A stretch of DNA of 64,000 nt. Origin: an uncultured Clostridia bacterium. Its GTDB lineage: Bacteria; Bacillota; Clostridia; Oscillospirales; Ruminococcaceae. Made by a program: the position numbers and the translations under genes. Shown in pieces: positions 9,178-17,311 of this stretch (its first letter is position 1; each line of letters opens with the position of its first letter). The notes below the pieces were generated by a model. That model was not told where the DNA came from. It made no database searches and saw only the letters and a list, made by a program, of their open reading frames with translations. The stretch covers positions 59,759 through 123,758 of the forward strand of contig CALCUE010000026.1 in NCBI GenBank assembly GCA_937906945.1. The letters run 5' to 3'.

Positions 9178-9870
9178 ATGAAACACGGTAAGAAATACGT
9201 TGAAAGCACTAAGCTTGTTGAACATGCTAAACTCTACGAGGCATCCGAAGCTCTTGATCTTGCCTGCAAAACCGCAACGGCAAAATTTGATGAGACCGTA
9301 GAATGCCACATCCGTCTTGGCGTCGACTCCCGTCATGCTGACCAGCAGGTCCGTGGCGCTGTCGTTCTTCCGAACGGAACCGGTAAAGACGTCCGCGTCC
9401 TTGTCTTCACCAAAGGCGATAAAGTTCAGGCCGCTCTTGATGCTGGCGCTGAATATGCCGGTGCTGAAGAATATGTTCAGAAAATTCAGTCCGAAGGCTG
9501 GATGGATTTTGATGTTGTCATCGCTTCTCCCGATATGATGGGTGTTGTCGGTAGACTCGGTAAAATCCTTGGCCCGAGAGGACTTATGCCGAACCCCAAA
9601 GCCGGTACGGTAACTCCCGATGTCGCGAAAGCTGTTAAAGATGCTAAAGCTGGTAAAATCGAGTATCGTCTTGATAAAACCAACATCATCCACTGCCCGA
9701 TCGGCAAAGCTTCCTTCGGCGCTGAAAAGCTCCAGGAAAACTTTGACACTCTTATGGGTGCGATCATCAAAGCAAAACCGGCTGCCGCAAAAGGCCAGTA
9801 CGTTAAATCCTGCGTAGTTTCCGCTACGATGGGTCCTGGCGTTAAGATCAACCCGGCGAAATTCATGTAA
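9178..9870 (+). CDS. rplA: 50S ribosomal protein L1
   Basis: [10 protein letters not shown]...[34 protein letters not shown]...[15 protein letters not shown]. Confidence 0.96.
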   Translation: MKHGKKYVESTKLVEHAKLYEASEALDLACKTATAKFDETVECHIRLGVDSRHADQQVRGAVVLPNGTGKDVRVLVFTKGDKVQAALDAGAEYAGAEEYVQKIQSEGWMDFDVVIASPDMMGVVGRLGKILGPRGLMPNPKAGTVTPDVAKAVKDAKAGKIEYRLDKTNIIHCPIGKASFGAEKLQENFDTLMGAIIKAKPAAAKGQYVKSCVVSATMGPGVKINPAKFM

Positions 9871-9881
9871 TTGAATGAATG

Positions 9882-9920
9882 AAAAAGTCCCGTGCTCAAA
9901 ATGAGCACGGGACTTTTTTT
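9882..9920 (+). terminator. Intrinsic terminator after rplA
   Basis: gtcccgtgctca-aaat-gagcacgggac followed by T7. Confidence 0.85.
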
Positions 9921-10242
9921 ATGTGTACTATAAAAATTTGAAAAGAATGTTGCAATAAACGGAATCAAATAAATCACCTAATAATAGTTCGAACAAGGGT
10001 GAAATTGGTCTATTTCTTTTGCCAAAAACCACCAAAATAAAGAAAGTAGCCCAAGGTCCATGGGAAAGTAACCGAAAGGATAATTTCTTTATGTTAAAAA
10101 GTCTGATAAAATTATAATGTCCAAATGAGACAAAAACGCCCGAAAGAAAGGCGGATTCTATCACGAAGAAAGATGGATATCTTTCACGAAGCTGTGTTTG
10201 TGATAGAGGGGAAATCCATCAGGGAGAAAAAGGTGGCCGGAT

Positions 10243-10452
10243 ATGGAACGAAAGATGTATATCATTACAGATATTTGTGTCGCTTGTGGAGAGCCGGCTA
10301 TAGAAGGGGAAATGCTTTGCAGAAATTGTCAGAAAAAGCTTTCGCAGGAAGAACTTTCCACGAACCCCGCAACCCTGAAAACTTCCTGGAAAAAACAGGT
10401 TTTTTGTTTCAAAAACAAGAAGAAAGAAAAGGATGATAAAGGTACTGACTGA
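10243..10452 (+). CDS. Small zinc-ribbon protein (hypothetical)
   Basis: 69 aa with CVAC...CRNC and a Lys-rich tail. GGTGG-type RBS. It overlaps a 103-aa ORF in another frame that has no recognisable features. Confidence 0.4.
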   Translation: MERKMYIITDICVACGEPAIEGEMLCRNCQKKLSQEELSTNPATLKTSWKKQVFCFKNKKKEKDDKGTD

Positions 10453-10493
10453 TAAAAACTTTTGTTTTTGAAATAATGGAAAGAGGAAATACT

Positions 10494-10586
10494 ATGAATA
10501 AAAAAGAGTTAGTTAAAGAGATTTCAAAAAGAACGCGTTTTTCCAAACGGAACATAGCTAGCAGAATGAAAAGTTGGATTTCATAA
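10494..10586 (+). pseudogene. 30-codon ORF resembling the N-terminus of an HU/IHF-family DNA-binding protein (possible gene remnant)
   Basis: MNKKELVKEISKRTRFSKRNIASRMKSWIS* after an AAGAGGA RBS. The MNKxELvxxis+.t..sk+ start is HU-like, but the frame stops after about one third of a normal HU. Confidence 0.25.
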
Positions 10587-10644
10587 ACACACTTGTTGGA
10601 AAATAATAAAAATTATTAAAAAAGAAAGGAGACTGTGATATTTT

Positions 10645-11616
10645 ATGGCAGGTATCATTTACGGGACAATGAGCATAGCGGCTCTTTTTATGACGGCTGC
10701 TTTTTATTTCATTGAACAGAAAAAAATCAGTTGTCTTCTTCCTGTAGCGCTATCTGTTTTTATCAGCAATTTTGGTTGGTTTTTAACATCGGTTTCTCAG
10801 ACATTAAAGGGAGCGTTGAGGGCCAATCGAATCGCCTATCTTGGCAACGTATTTCTTCCACTTTTCATGTTATCGTTAATTTTGAACGTTTGCCAGATTT
10901 CCATTTCCAAAAAATTTCTGATGGCCGCTTTGGTTTTCAGCGCAGCTATTTTGCTTTTGACATTTACCCCCGGTTATTCAAACGTCTATTACGCCAGTGT
11001 CGAGTTAATCCAGGTGGATGGATTTTCTGTTTTGGATAGAGAATATGGGCCGCTTCATATTATTTTTTATTTATATTTGTTTGCCTATTTTATGAGTATG
11101 TTGACGGTGATCGGCTATACGTTTCTTAAAAAGAAATTCGTCAACCGGATGCACATTCTCTATTTATTTTTTATTGTATCCGGAAATTTGCTGATCTGGA
11201 TTCTGGAACAGTTTACGGAAAAAGAATGGGAATTTTTATCCATCGCTTATTTGGTTTCGGAAGTTTTGATCTATCTCCACATTGGCGCACTCAACACTTC
11301 CCGCAAGGAAGGAGAAAACAACATTCTGAAAAAGTCATCGGAGCCGCTTTTTAAGGGAATCCAAGGAGAAGAAAAGACGGTTTTTTCTGAGGAAAGCATT
11401 GATAATATTTTTTCTCGCTGTGAAGCTTTGAAAGATTTTACGGATCGGGAAAAAGAAGTGCTTCGGCTGATTTTGATGAATAAAAAAAGAAAAGAGATTG
11501 GTCAGGAACTTTTTTTAGCGGAAAGTACGATCAAAAAATATACAGCGCAAATATTTCGAAAACTTTCTGTCAATAACCGGATGGAATTGTTTCTTTTGCT
11601 GAAAATGTATCAATAA
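10645..11616 (+). CDS. Polytopic membrane protein fused to a C-terminal LuxR/FixJ-type HTH domain (membrane-bound one-component regulator)
   Basis: About 6-7 hydrophobic helices over roughly the first 210 aa, a linker, then LTDREKEVLRLILMNKKRKEIGQELFLAESTIKKYTAQIFRKLSVNNRMEL (GerE/LuxR HTH signature). Confidence 0.8.
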   Translation: MAGIIYGTMSIAALFMTAAFYFIEQKKISCLLPVALSVFISNFGWFLTSVSQTLKGALRANRIAYLGNVFLPLFMLSLILNVCQISISKKFLMAALVFSAAILLLTFTPGYSNVYYASVELIQVDGFSVLDREYGPLHIIFYLYLFAYFMSMLTVIGYTFLKKKFVNRMHILYLFFIVSGNLLIWILEQFTEKEWEFLSIAYLVSEVLIYLHIGALNTSRKEGENNILKKSSEPLFKGIQGEEKTVFSEESIDNIFSRCEALKDFTDREKEVLRLILMNKKRKEIGQELFLAESTIKKYTAQIFRKLSVNNRMELFLLLKMYQ

Positions 11617-11753
11617 AGGAAAAATAGCCCGAAGTCCACCATAAAAATAGCCCTAAGGCTTCTTGTTTAGCACCTAAAATCATGGTACCTTTGCAGAAGA
11701 AAAAACGTTTTTGCAAGACGTTTTTTTAATTTTTTTGTAAAGGAGAAAAACAC

Positions 11754-12413
11754 ATGAACAAAAGAATTTTTTGTTTAATGCTGTCTGTTCTGATGGCCTT
11801 TTTCATGCTTTCGGTGACAGCGGTAGCCGATCCGGTAGTTCTTGTCGGGGAGAAAGAATTGGTTGTAGAGCTTACAAAAGTTCCCGAAAAGAATAAGAGG
11901 GAATTTGATATCGGCGAAGAAACGAATCTGATCGTAGCCAATAAAGGGCATGACTATCTGATTTGGACAGAGAAAGAACTGACCGATGAGGAGAAAGAAT
12001 TGCTTAAAGAAAAAATCAAGGAAGAAATCAGTAATTTGGGTACCGGTAATGGCGGCGTTGATTTCGCTAAAGGCGATGAAGTCCCCGAGGGTGTTACAGT
12101 TGCTGACGGAAAAATTACTTTTAGTGATCAAAGCGGATGGTCCTTGTTCTGGGAAGGAAAGGTATCTGAACAGGAGATAGAAGAGCCGGAAGAGCCCGAA
12201 GAGCCGGAAGAGCCGGAAGAACCGGAAGAGCCGGAAGAACCGGAAGAGCCAGAAAAACCTGAAAAGCCCGAAAAACCTGAAAGACCGGTCACGCCTATTA
12301 TCCTTAATGGCAGGGAAGAAAACCCGACGACCGGAGCACCGGTGCTCAATTTGAGCACAATGGGTATGCTCATTGCTGTTTCCGCCGCTGTCGCGTTGAA
12401 AAAGAAAAAATAA
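11754..12413 (+). CDS. Small secreted cell-surface protein with a (PEE)n/(PEK)n spacer and a sortase-type C-terminal sorting signal (NPTTG + TM + KKKK)
   Basis: Signal peptide MNKRIFCLMLSVLMAFFMLSVTAVA, a 12-unit Pro-Glu repeat, then ENPTTGAPVLNLSTMGMLIAVSAAVALKKKK. AAGGAG RBS. Confidence 0.8.
   Translation: MNKRIFCLMLSVLMAFFMLSVTAVADPVVLVGEKELVVELTKVPEKNKREFDIGEETNLIVANKGHDYLIWTEKELTDEEKELLKEKIKEEISNLGTGNGGVDFAKGDEVPEGVTVADGKITFSDQSGWSLFWEGKVSEQEIEEPEEPEEPEEPEEPEEPEEPEEPEKPEKPEKPERPVTPIILNGREENPTTGAPVLNLSTMGMLIAVSAAVALKKKK
12180..12287 (+). repeat. Coding tandem repeat, 12 units of 9 bp (gaagagccg and variants)
   Basis: Counted directly: gaagagccg gaagagccc gaagagccg gaagagccg gaagaaccg gaagagccg gaagaaccg gaagagcca gaaaaacct gaaaagccc gaaaaacct gaaagaccg. 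Confidence 0.95.
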
Positions 12414-12423
12414 ATCATAAAAA

Positions 12424-12460
12424 CAAAAAAGAGCCACGAATTTTTCATGGCTCTTTTTTT
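12424..12460. terminator. Bidirectional intrinsic terminator (surface protein gene / nifJ)
   Basis: agagccacgaa-ttt-ttcatggctct (one mismatch), flanked by an A-run and a T-run. Confidence 0.75.
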
Positions 12461-12472
12461 CTGTTAACAGGA

Positions 12473-15400
12473 TTATTTTCCGGCCAACTTTTCAAGATGT
12501 TCGTATTTTTCAGCGGCGTTCTTTTCCGCTTTATCGAAAAGTATTTCCGCCCGCTCCGGGAAGGTACGGAGCAAACTGCTGTAACGGACTTCGCTGGTAA
12601 TGAAATCTTTATAACTGGCTGTCGGTGCGGCGCTGTCCAATTGGAAAGGATTCTTTCCATCCGAGATCAAACGAGGATCATAGCGGAACAGGTGCCAATA
12701 ACCGGCCTCAACGGCGTGTTTTTCTTCGGCCATGGAGTTGCCCATGCCGCCTTTGATTCCGTGGTTGATACAGGGAGCGTAAGCGATAATAAGGGAAGGA
12801 CCGTCATAACTTTCCGCTTCAGCAATCGCTTTGACGCATTGGGCCATATTGGCGCCCATGGCAATCTGAGCAACGTAAATGTAGCCATAGCTCATCGCGA
12901 TAGCGGCGAGGTCCTTTTTCTTAACTTCTTTTCCGGCGGCGGCAAATTGAGCGACCGCACCAGTCGGAGTGGCTTTGGAGGATTGGCCGCCGGTGTTGGA
13001 ATAAACTTCCGTGTCGAAAACAAGAACGTTGATATTGCGTCCCGAAGCCAGTACATGATCCAAGCCGCCGAAGCCGATATCATAGGCCCAACCGTCTCCG
13101 CCGAAAGCCCAAACGGATTTTTTGGCCAGATAGTCTTTTCCTTTCAGGATATCTTTGGAACGCTCACAGCCACAGGCGGTCAAAACGTCGATCAGTTCTT
13201 TAGTGGCGACGGCATTGGCTTCGCCGTCATTGATGGTATCCAGATAGTTTCGGGCCGCGTTGACGGCGGATTCTTTTTTGCCGTTTTCAGCGATGAAACG
13301 AATTTTTTCAATGTAACTTTTACGAATCGCTTCCTGTCCAAGGAACATTCCATAGCCGTATTCGGCGTTATCCTCGAAGAGCGAGTTGGCCCAGGCAGGA
13401 CCTTTTCCGTTTTTGCTGACCGAATAAGGCGTGGAAGGAGCGGAAGCACCCCAAATGGAAGAACAACCGGTGGCGTTGGCGATATACATTCTCTCGCCAA
13501 AAAGTTGTGTGACCAATTTGGCGTAGGGCGTTTCACCGCAACCGGCACAGGCACCAGAAAACTCCAAAAGCGGCTGTTTGAACTGGCTACCTTTGAGTGT
13601 ATTGGTTTTGAACTTTTCGGAGACTTCGGATTTTTCTTCAATGGTCGTTCCGTATTCGAAGACTTTTTGCTGAGGAAGCTGCGTCTCAAGCGGCTTCATC
13701 TCCAACGCTTTGGCGCCTTTTTTACCGGGGCAGACGTTGACACAGGAACCACAGCCGGTGCAATCCAAAGTAGAGACGGTAACACTGAAATAGTTGCCGG
13801 TCAAACCGGTCATAGAACAATTTTTCGTGCCTTCCGGAGCGTTGTCCAACTCATCATTATTCAAAACGATGGGACGGATGCAGGCATGGGGGCAGACATA
13901 GGAGCACATATTGCATTGGATGCAGTTCTCGGGGATCCAGCAGGGAACATCGACCGCGATTCCTCGTTTTTCAAAAGCGGAAGTACCAGAGGGGAATGTG
14001 CCGTCCTCCCGTCCGGAAAAGACAGAAACGGGAAGAGAATCGCCCTTTTGTGCCGAAGCCGGAATCAGTACTCTGTTGGCAAAATCGACCAGCTCTTTAT
14101 TATCACCGGTTGCTACAGGGACGCAAAGGTCGCCCTCTGCGTTTTTCCATTCCTCGGCGGGATAATCTACTTTTACAAAATCGGTCATGCCGCGATCAAT
14201 AGCGGCAAAGTTCATCTGAATGACGGCGTCACCTTTTTTTCCGTAACTGGCGACAACGGCCTCTTTCATATATTTTTCGGCGTCTTCGGCGGGAATGATT
14301 TCCGTGATTTTGAAGAAAGCGGCTTGAAGAATGGTATTGATTTTTCCACCGAGTCCGATTTCACGGGCGATGGAGATTCCGTCGATGGTGTAAAGCTCGA
14401 TATTATTTTCGGCGATATATCGTTTGGCAGAACCGGGAAGGCGGCGATCGATCTCATTGAGATCCCAACCGCAGTTGAGCAGGAATTTACCGCCTTTTTT
14501 GAGCACGGACACCATATCGTATTTGTTGATATAGGATGGATTATGACAGGCGACAAAATCAGCCCGGTTGATATAGTAAGTGGAACGGATCGGCGACTTT
14601 CCGAAACGGAGATGGGAAATGGTTACACCGCCGGATTTTTTGGAGTCATAGGCAAAATAGCCCTGTGCGTAAAGGTCAGTATGGTCACCGATGATTTTGA
14701 TGGAGTTTTTGTTGGCGCCGACGGTGCCGTCGGAACCGAGTCCCCAGAACATACAGCTGGTATTTCCGGCTGGGGTGGTGTCGGGATTTTCTTTTAGTTC
14801 CAAAGAAAGATGAGTGACGTCATCCTCAATACCGATGGTGAAGGCGCGCTTTCCGTTTTGTTCTGCGTTGCGGTAAACGGCGATGATCTGCGCCGGTGTG
14901 GTATCCTTGCTGCCAAGGCCATAACGTCCGCCGAAAAGCGGAACACTTTCGAATTTTGTTCCGCGAATAGCCCCGGCAATATCCAGGAGCAGAGGTTCTC
15001 CGACGCTGCCCGGTTCCTTGGTGCGGTCAAGGACGGAAATGGTTTTGACCGTTTCTGGTATGGCGGCTAAAAGATGTTTCGGGCTAAAAGGACGATAGAG
15101 GCGGACTTTGACAAGGCCGTATTTTCCACCGGCAGCATTAAGATAGTCGATGGTTTCCTCAATCGTATCACAGACGGAACCCATAGCTACGATAATATGT
15201 TCAGCGTCGGGAGCACCGTAATAATTAAAAAGCTGATAGTTGGTGCCGATCTCCGCGTTGATTTTCTTCATGGTGTTTTCGACAACCTCGGGCAAAGCCA
15301 GGTAGAATTTGTTGGCGGATTCTCTGGCCTGGAAGAAAATATCCGGATTTTGGGCAGTTCCACGGGTCACCGGATGGTTGGGGTTCAGAGCACGGCTGCG

Positions 15401-16009
15401 AAAAGCCTCAATCTCGTCAAAATCGGCGAGAGCTTTCAGCTGATTATAATCCCAGACTTCAATTTTCTGAATCTCATGGGAAGTGCGGAAGCCGTCAAAA
15501 AAGTGAATAAAAGGTACACGACCTTTGATAGCGGAAAGATGGGCAACGGGAGCGAGATCCATGACTTCCTGTGGGTTTCCGGAACAAAGCATGGCAAAAC
15601 CGGTCTGACGGCAGGCGTAAATATCGGAATGGTCGCCGAAGATGCTGAGAGCGTGGGAAGCCAGAGCTCTTGCCGAGACGTTGATAACGGCAGGAAGCAA
15701 TTCACCCGCCATTTTATACATATTGGGAATCATCAGAAGAAGTCCTTGGGACGCGGTAAAGGTGGTAGTCAAAGCACCGGCGGCTAAAGAACCATGTACC
15801 GAACCGGAAGCGCCCGCTTCCGATTGCATTTCCGTGACTTGGACTTTATTGCCGAAAATATTGGTTCTTCCCTCAGCAGACCATTTATCCGCCAACTCAG
15901 CCATGACAGAAGAAGGGGTGATCGGGTAGATCGCCGCGACGTCTGTGTAAGCGTAGGAAACATGGGCGGCCGCTGTATTACCGTCCATGGTCTTTTTTGA
16001 GCGTGCCAA
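12473..16009 (-). CDS. nifJ: Pyruvate:ferredoxin (flavodoxin) oxidoreductase
   Basis: About 1178 aa. TMDGNTAAAHVSYAYTDVAAIYPITPSS, two 4Fe-4S ferredoxin motifs (CIQCNMCSYVCPH, CTGCGSCVNVCP) and the TPP-binding GGDGWAYDIGFGGLDH. I start at the TTG at 16009 (AAGGAG 9 nt upstream), giving MARSKKTMDGNT; the ORF is open to 16018. Confidence 0.96.
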   Translation of the reverse strand: MARSKKTMDGNTAAAHVSYAYTDVAAIYPITPSSVMAELADKWSAEGRTNIFGNKVQVTEMQSEAGASGSVHGSLAAGALTTTFTASQGLLLMIPNMYKMAGELLPAVINVSARALASHALSIFGDHSDIYACRQTGFAMLCSGNPQEVMDLAPVAHLSAIKGRVPFIHFFDGFRTSHEIQKIEVWDYNQLKALADFDEIEAFRSRALNPNHPVTRGTAQNPDIFFQARESANKFYLALPEVVENTMKKINAEIGTNYQLFNYYGAPDAEHIIVAMGSVCDTIEETIDYLNAAGGKYGLVKVRLYRPFSPKHLLAAIPETVKTISVLDRTKEPGSVGEPLLLDIAGAIRGTKFESVPLFGGRYGLGSKDTTPAQIIAVYRNAEQNGKRAFTIGIEDDVTHLSLELKENPDTTPAGNTSCMFWGLGSDGTVGANKNSIKIIGDHTDLYAQGYFAYDSKKSGGVTISHLRFGKSPIRSTYYINRADFVACHNPSYINKYDMVSVLKKGGKFLLNCGWDLNEIDRRLPGSAKRYIAENNIELYTIDGISIAREIGLGGKINTILQAAFFKITEIIPAEDAEKYMKEAVVASYGKKGDAVIQMNFAAIDRGMTDFVKVDYPAEEWKNAEGDLCVPVATGDNKELVDFANRVLIPASAQKGDSLPVSVFSGREDGTFPSGTSAFEKRGIAVDVPCWIPENCIQCNMCSYVCPHACIRPIVLNNDELDNAPEGTKNCSMTGLTGNYFSVTVSTLDCTGCGSCVNVCPGKKGAKALEMKPLETQLPQQKVFEYGTTIEEKSEVSEKFKTNTLKGSQFKQPLLEFSGACAGCGETPYAKLVTQLFGERMYIANATGCSSIWGASAPSTPYSVSKNGKGPAWANSLFEDNAEYGYGMFLGQEAIRKSYIEKIRFIAENGKKESAVNAARNYLDTINDGEANAVATKELIDVLTACGCERSKDILKGKDYLAKKSVWAFGGDGWAYDIGFGGLDHVLASGRNINVLVFDTEVYSNTGGQSSKATPTGAVAQFAAAGKEVKKKDLAAIAMSYGYIYVAQIAMGANMAQCVKAIAEAESYDGPSLIIAYAPCINHGIKGGMGNSMAEEKHAVEAGYWHLFRYDPRLISDGKNPFQLDSAAPTASYKDFITSEVRYSSLLRTFPERAEILFDKAEKNAAEKYEHLEKLAGK

Positions 16010-16260
16010 ATTTCTCAACTCCTTAAGTATATTTTTCTACTTAATAATCTTACCATAGAAATGATTTCTGTTCAAATGGTTTTTATGTATTTTTACATTA
16101 TTACGGAAAAATATCCGCTATTTTTGATTTTTTTGAACAATGACAATAAGACCGAACAAAAACAGAAAAAGCGAAACTGTATAAAAAGACGGAGAAAACC
16201 GATAAAACACAAAAAAGAATTTTTTTCATAAAATTATTTGTATTATATATAAAATAATAA

Positions 16261-16290
16261 TTGCAAAAAGAGGAAGAAATGGAGTATAAT
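16261..16290 (+). promoter_or_regulatory. Candidate promoter of hprK-murB-whiA-dnaE
   Basis: TTGCAA, 18 nt, TATAAT in an A+T-rich divergent intergenic region. Confidence 0.4.
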
Positions 16291-16328
16291 AAACTTGGTA
16301 TATTCTCTGGAAGAAAAGGAGAGGTCTT

Positions 16329-17300
16329 ATGGCAGTAAGCTACAGTGTCAGTGTGGCCAGTATCATCAAGGAATTCAACCTGGAAGAAATCTGGGCGCCG
16401 GATAATATTGAGGAATTGCGGATCGAGACCAACGAGCTGAACCGCCCCGGTCTTCAGTTCGCCGGGTTTTACGGACTTTTTGATCCGAGCCGGGTTCAGA
16501 TCATAGGAAAAACGGAATACACCTATCTCCGGAGTCTGGGGGCTAAGATGATGCCCACGTTGGAGGAGTTTTTCTCTCACAAACCGGCGATTACGGTGAT
16601 TACGTGGAATCTGATCGTCGATAAAGGAATTATTGAACTGGCTAAGAAATATAGCGTGCCGATTTATCGCACGTCGGAGTCCACTTCGGAGTTTATGGCC
16701 GGGCTTACCCAGACGCTCAGTTTGGCGTTAGCTAAACGAATTACCCGCCATGGTGTTTTTGTGGAAGTTTATGGTGAAGGTGTTTTGCTTTATGGGGAAA
16801 GCGGAGTCGGTAAAAGTGAGGTCGCGATGGAACTGATAAAAAGGGGACATCGCCTCATCGCGGATGACGCCGTTGAGATCCGACGGGTCTCCAAGCGGAG
16901 CCTTGTGGCCACTTCTCCGGAAAATATCCGCCATTTTATGGAACTTCGCGGCGTCGGTATTATCAACGCCCGGAACCTTTTCGGTATGGGCGCTGTTAAG
17001 AAAAGCGCCAAACTGGATATGGTCATCAATTTGGAACCTTGGGACAATGACAAAGCCTATGATCGCATGGGAGCGACGGATGTTTATACCGAGGTGTTAG
17101 GCGTCAAAGTTCCGCTAATTACCATTCCGGTCCAACCGGGACGGAACGTAGCGGTCATTGTGGAAGTGGCCGCCATGAACAACCGCCAGAAACGAATGGG
17201 GAATAACGCGGCGGTGGAGCTGATGGATCGGCTTTCCATGCCGATGAACGAAGAGGATGATCTCAGCGAATGGGATTCCTATTTCGGATTGGATGAATGA
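16329..17300 (+). CDS. hprK: HPr kinase/phosphorylase
   Basis: Walker A GESGVGKSEVAMELIKRGHRLIADD, ...MELRGVGIINARNLFG... Confidence 0.95.
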   Translation: MAVSYSVSVASIIKEFNLEEIWAPDNIEELRIETNELNRPGLQFAGFYGLFDPSRVQIIGKTEYTYLRSLGAKMMPTLEEFFSHKPAITVITWNLIVDKGIIELAKKYSVPIYRTSESTSEFMAGLTQTLSLALAKRITRHGVFVEVYGEGVLLYGESGVGKSEVAMELIKRGHRLIADDAVEIRRVSKRSLVATSPENIRHFMELRGVGIINARNLFGMGAVKKSAKLDMVINLEPWDNDKAYDRMGATDVYTEVLGVKVPLITIPVQPGRNVAVIVEVAAMNNRQKRMGNNAAVELMDRLSMPMNEEDDLSEWDSYFGLDE

Positions 17301-17311
17301 GGAGATTCACC

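Noticed and set aside
10157-10192. The duplicated tcACGAag boxes as a guanidine-II (mini-ykkC) riboswitch, which has two ACGR tetraloop hairpins
   Set aside because: The bases flanking each ACGA do not form the required GC-rich stems, so the hairpins cannot be drawn.
10125-10436. 103-aa ORF overlapping the 69-aa zinc-ribbon ORF in another frame
   Set aside because: The composition is basic and low-complexity, there is no RBS, and it covers the structured leader. The CxxC-containing frame is the more plausible gene, though neither is certain.
12180-12287. Regular short repeat array, checked as a possible CRISPR or minisatellite
   Set aside because: The period is 9 bp with no spacers, it is in frame inside a CDS, and it encodes (PEE)n. 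It is a coding tandem repeat, not a CRISPR.
12497-14797. 766-aa ORF on the plus strand, antisense to nifJ
   Set aside because: It lies wholly inside the strongly supported PFOR gene. The translation is low-complexity (G/F/V/D-rich), has no motifs and no RBS. It is a stop-poor antisense frame of a codon-biased gene.
16101-16580. 159-aa minus-strand ORF in the nifJ/hprK intergenic region and the hprK 5' end
   Set aside because: It covers an A+T-rich promoter region and overlaps hprK. The peptide is low-complexity and there is no RBS.
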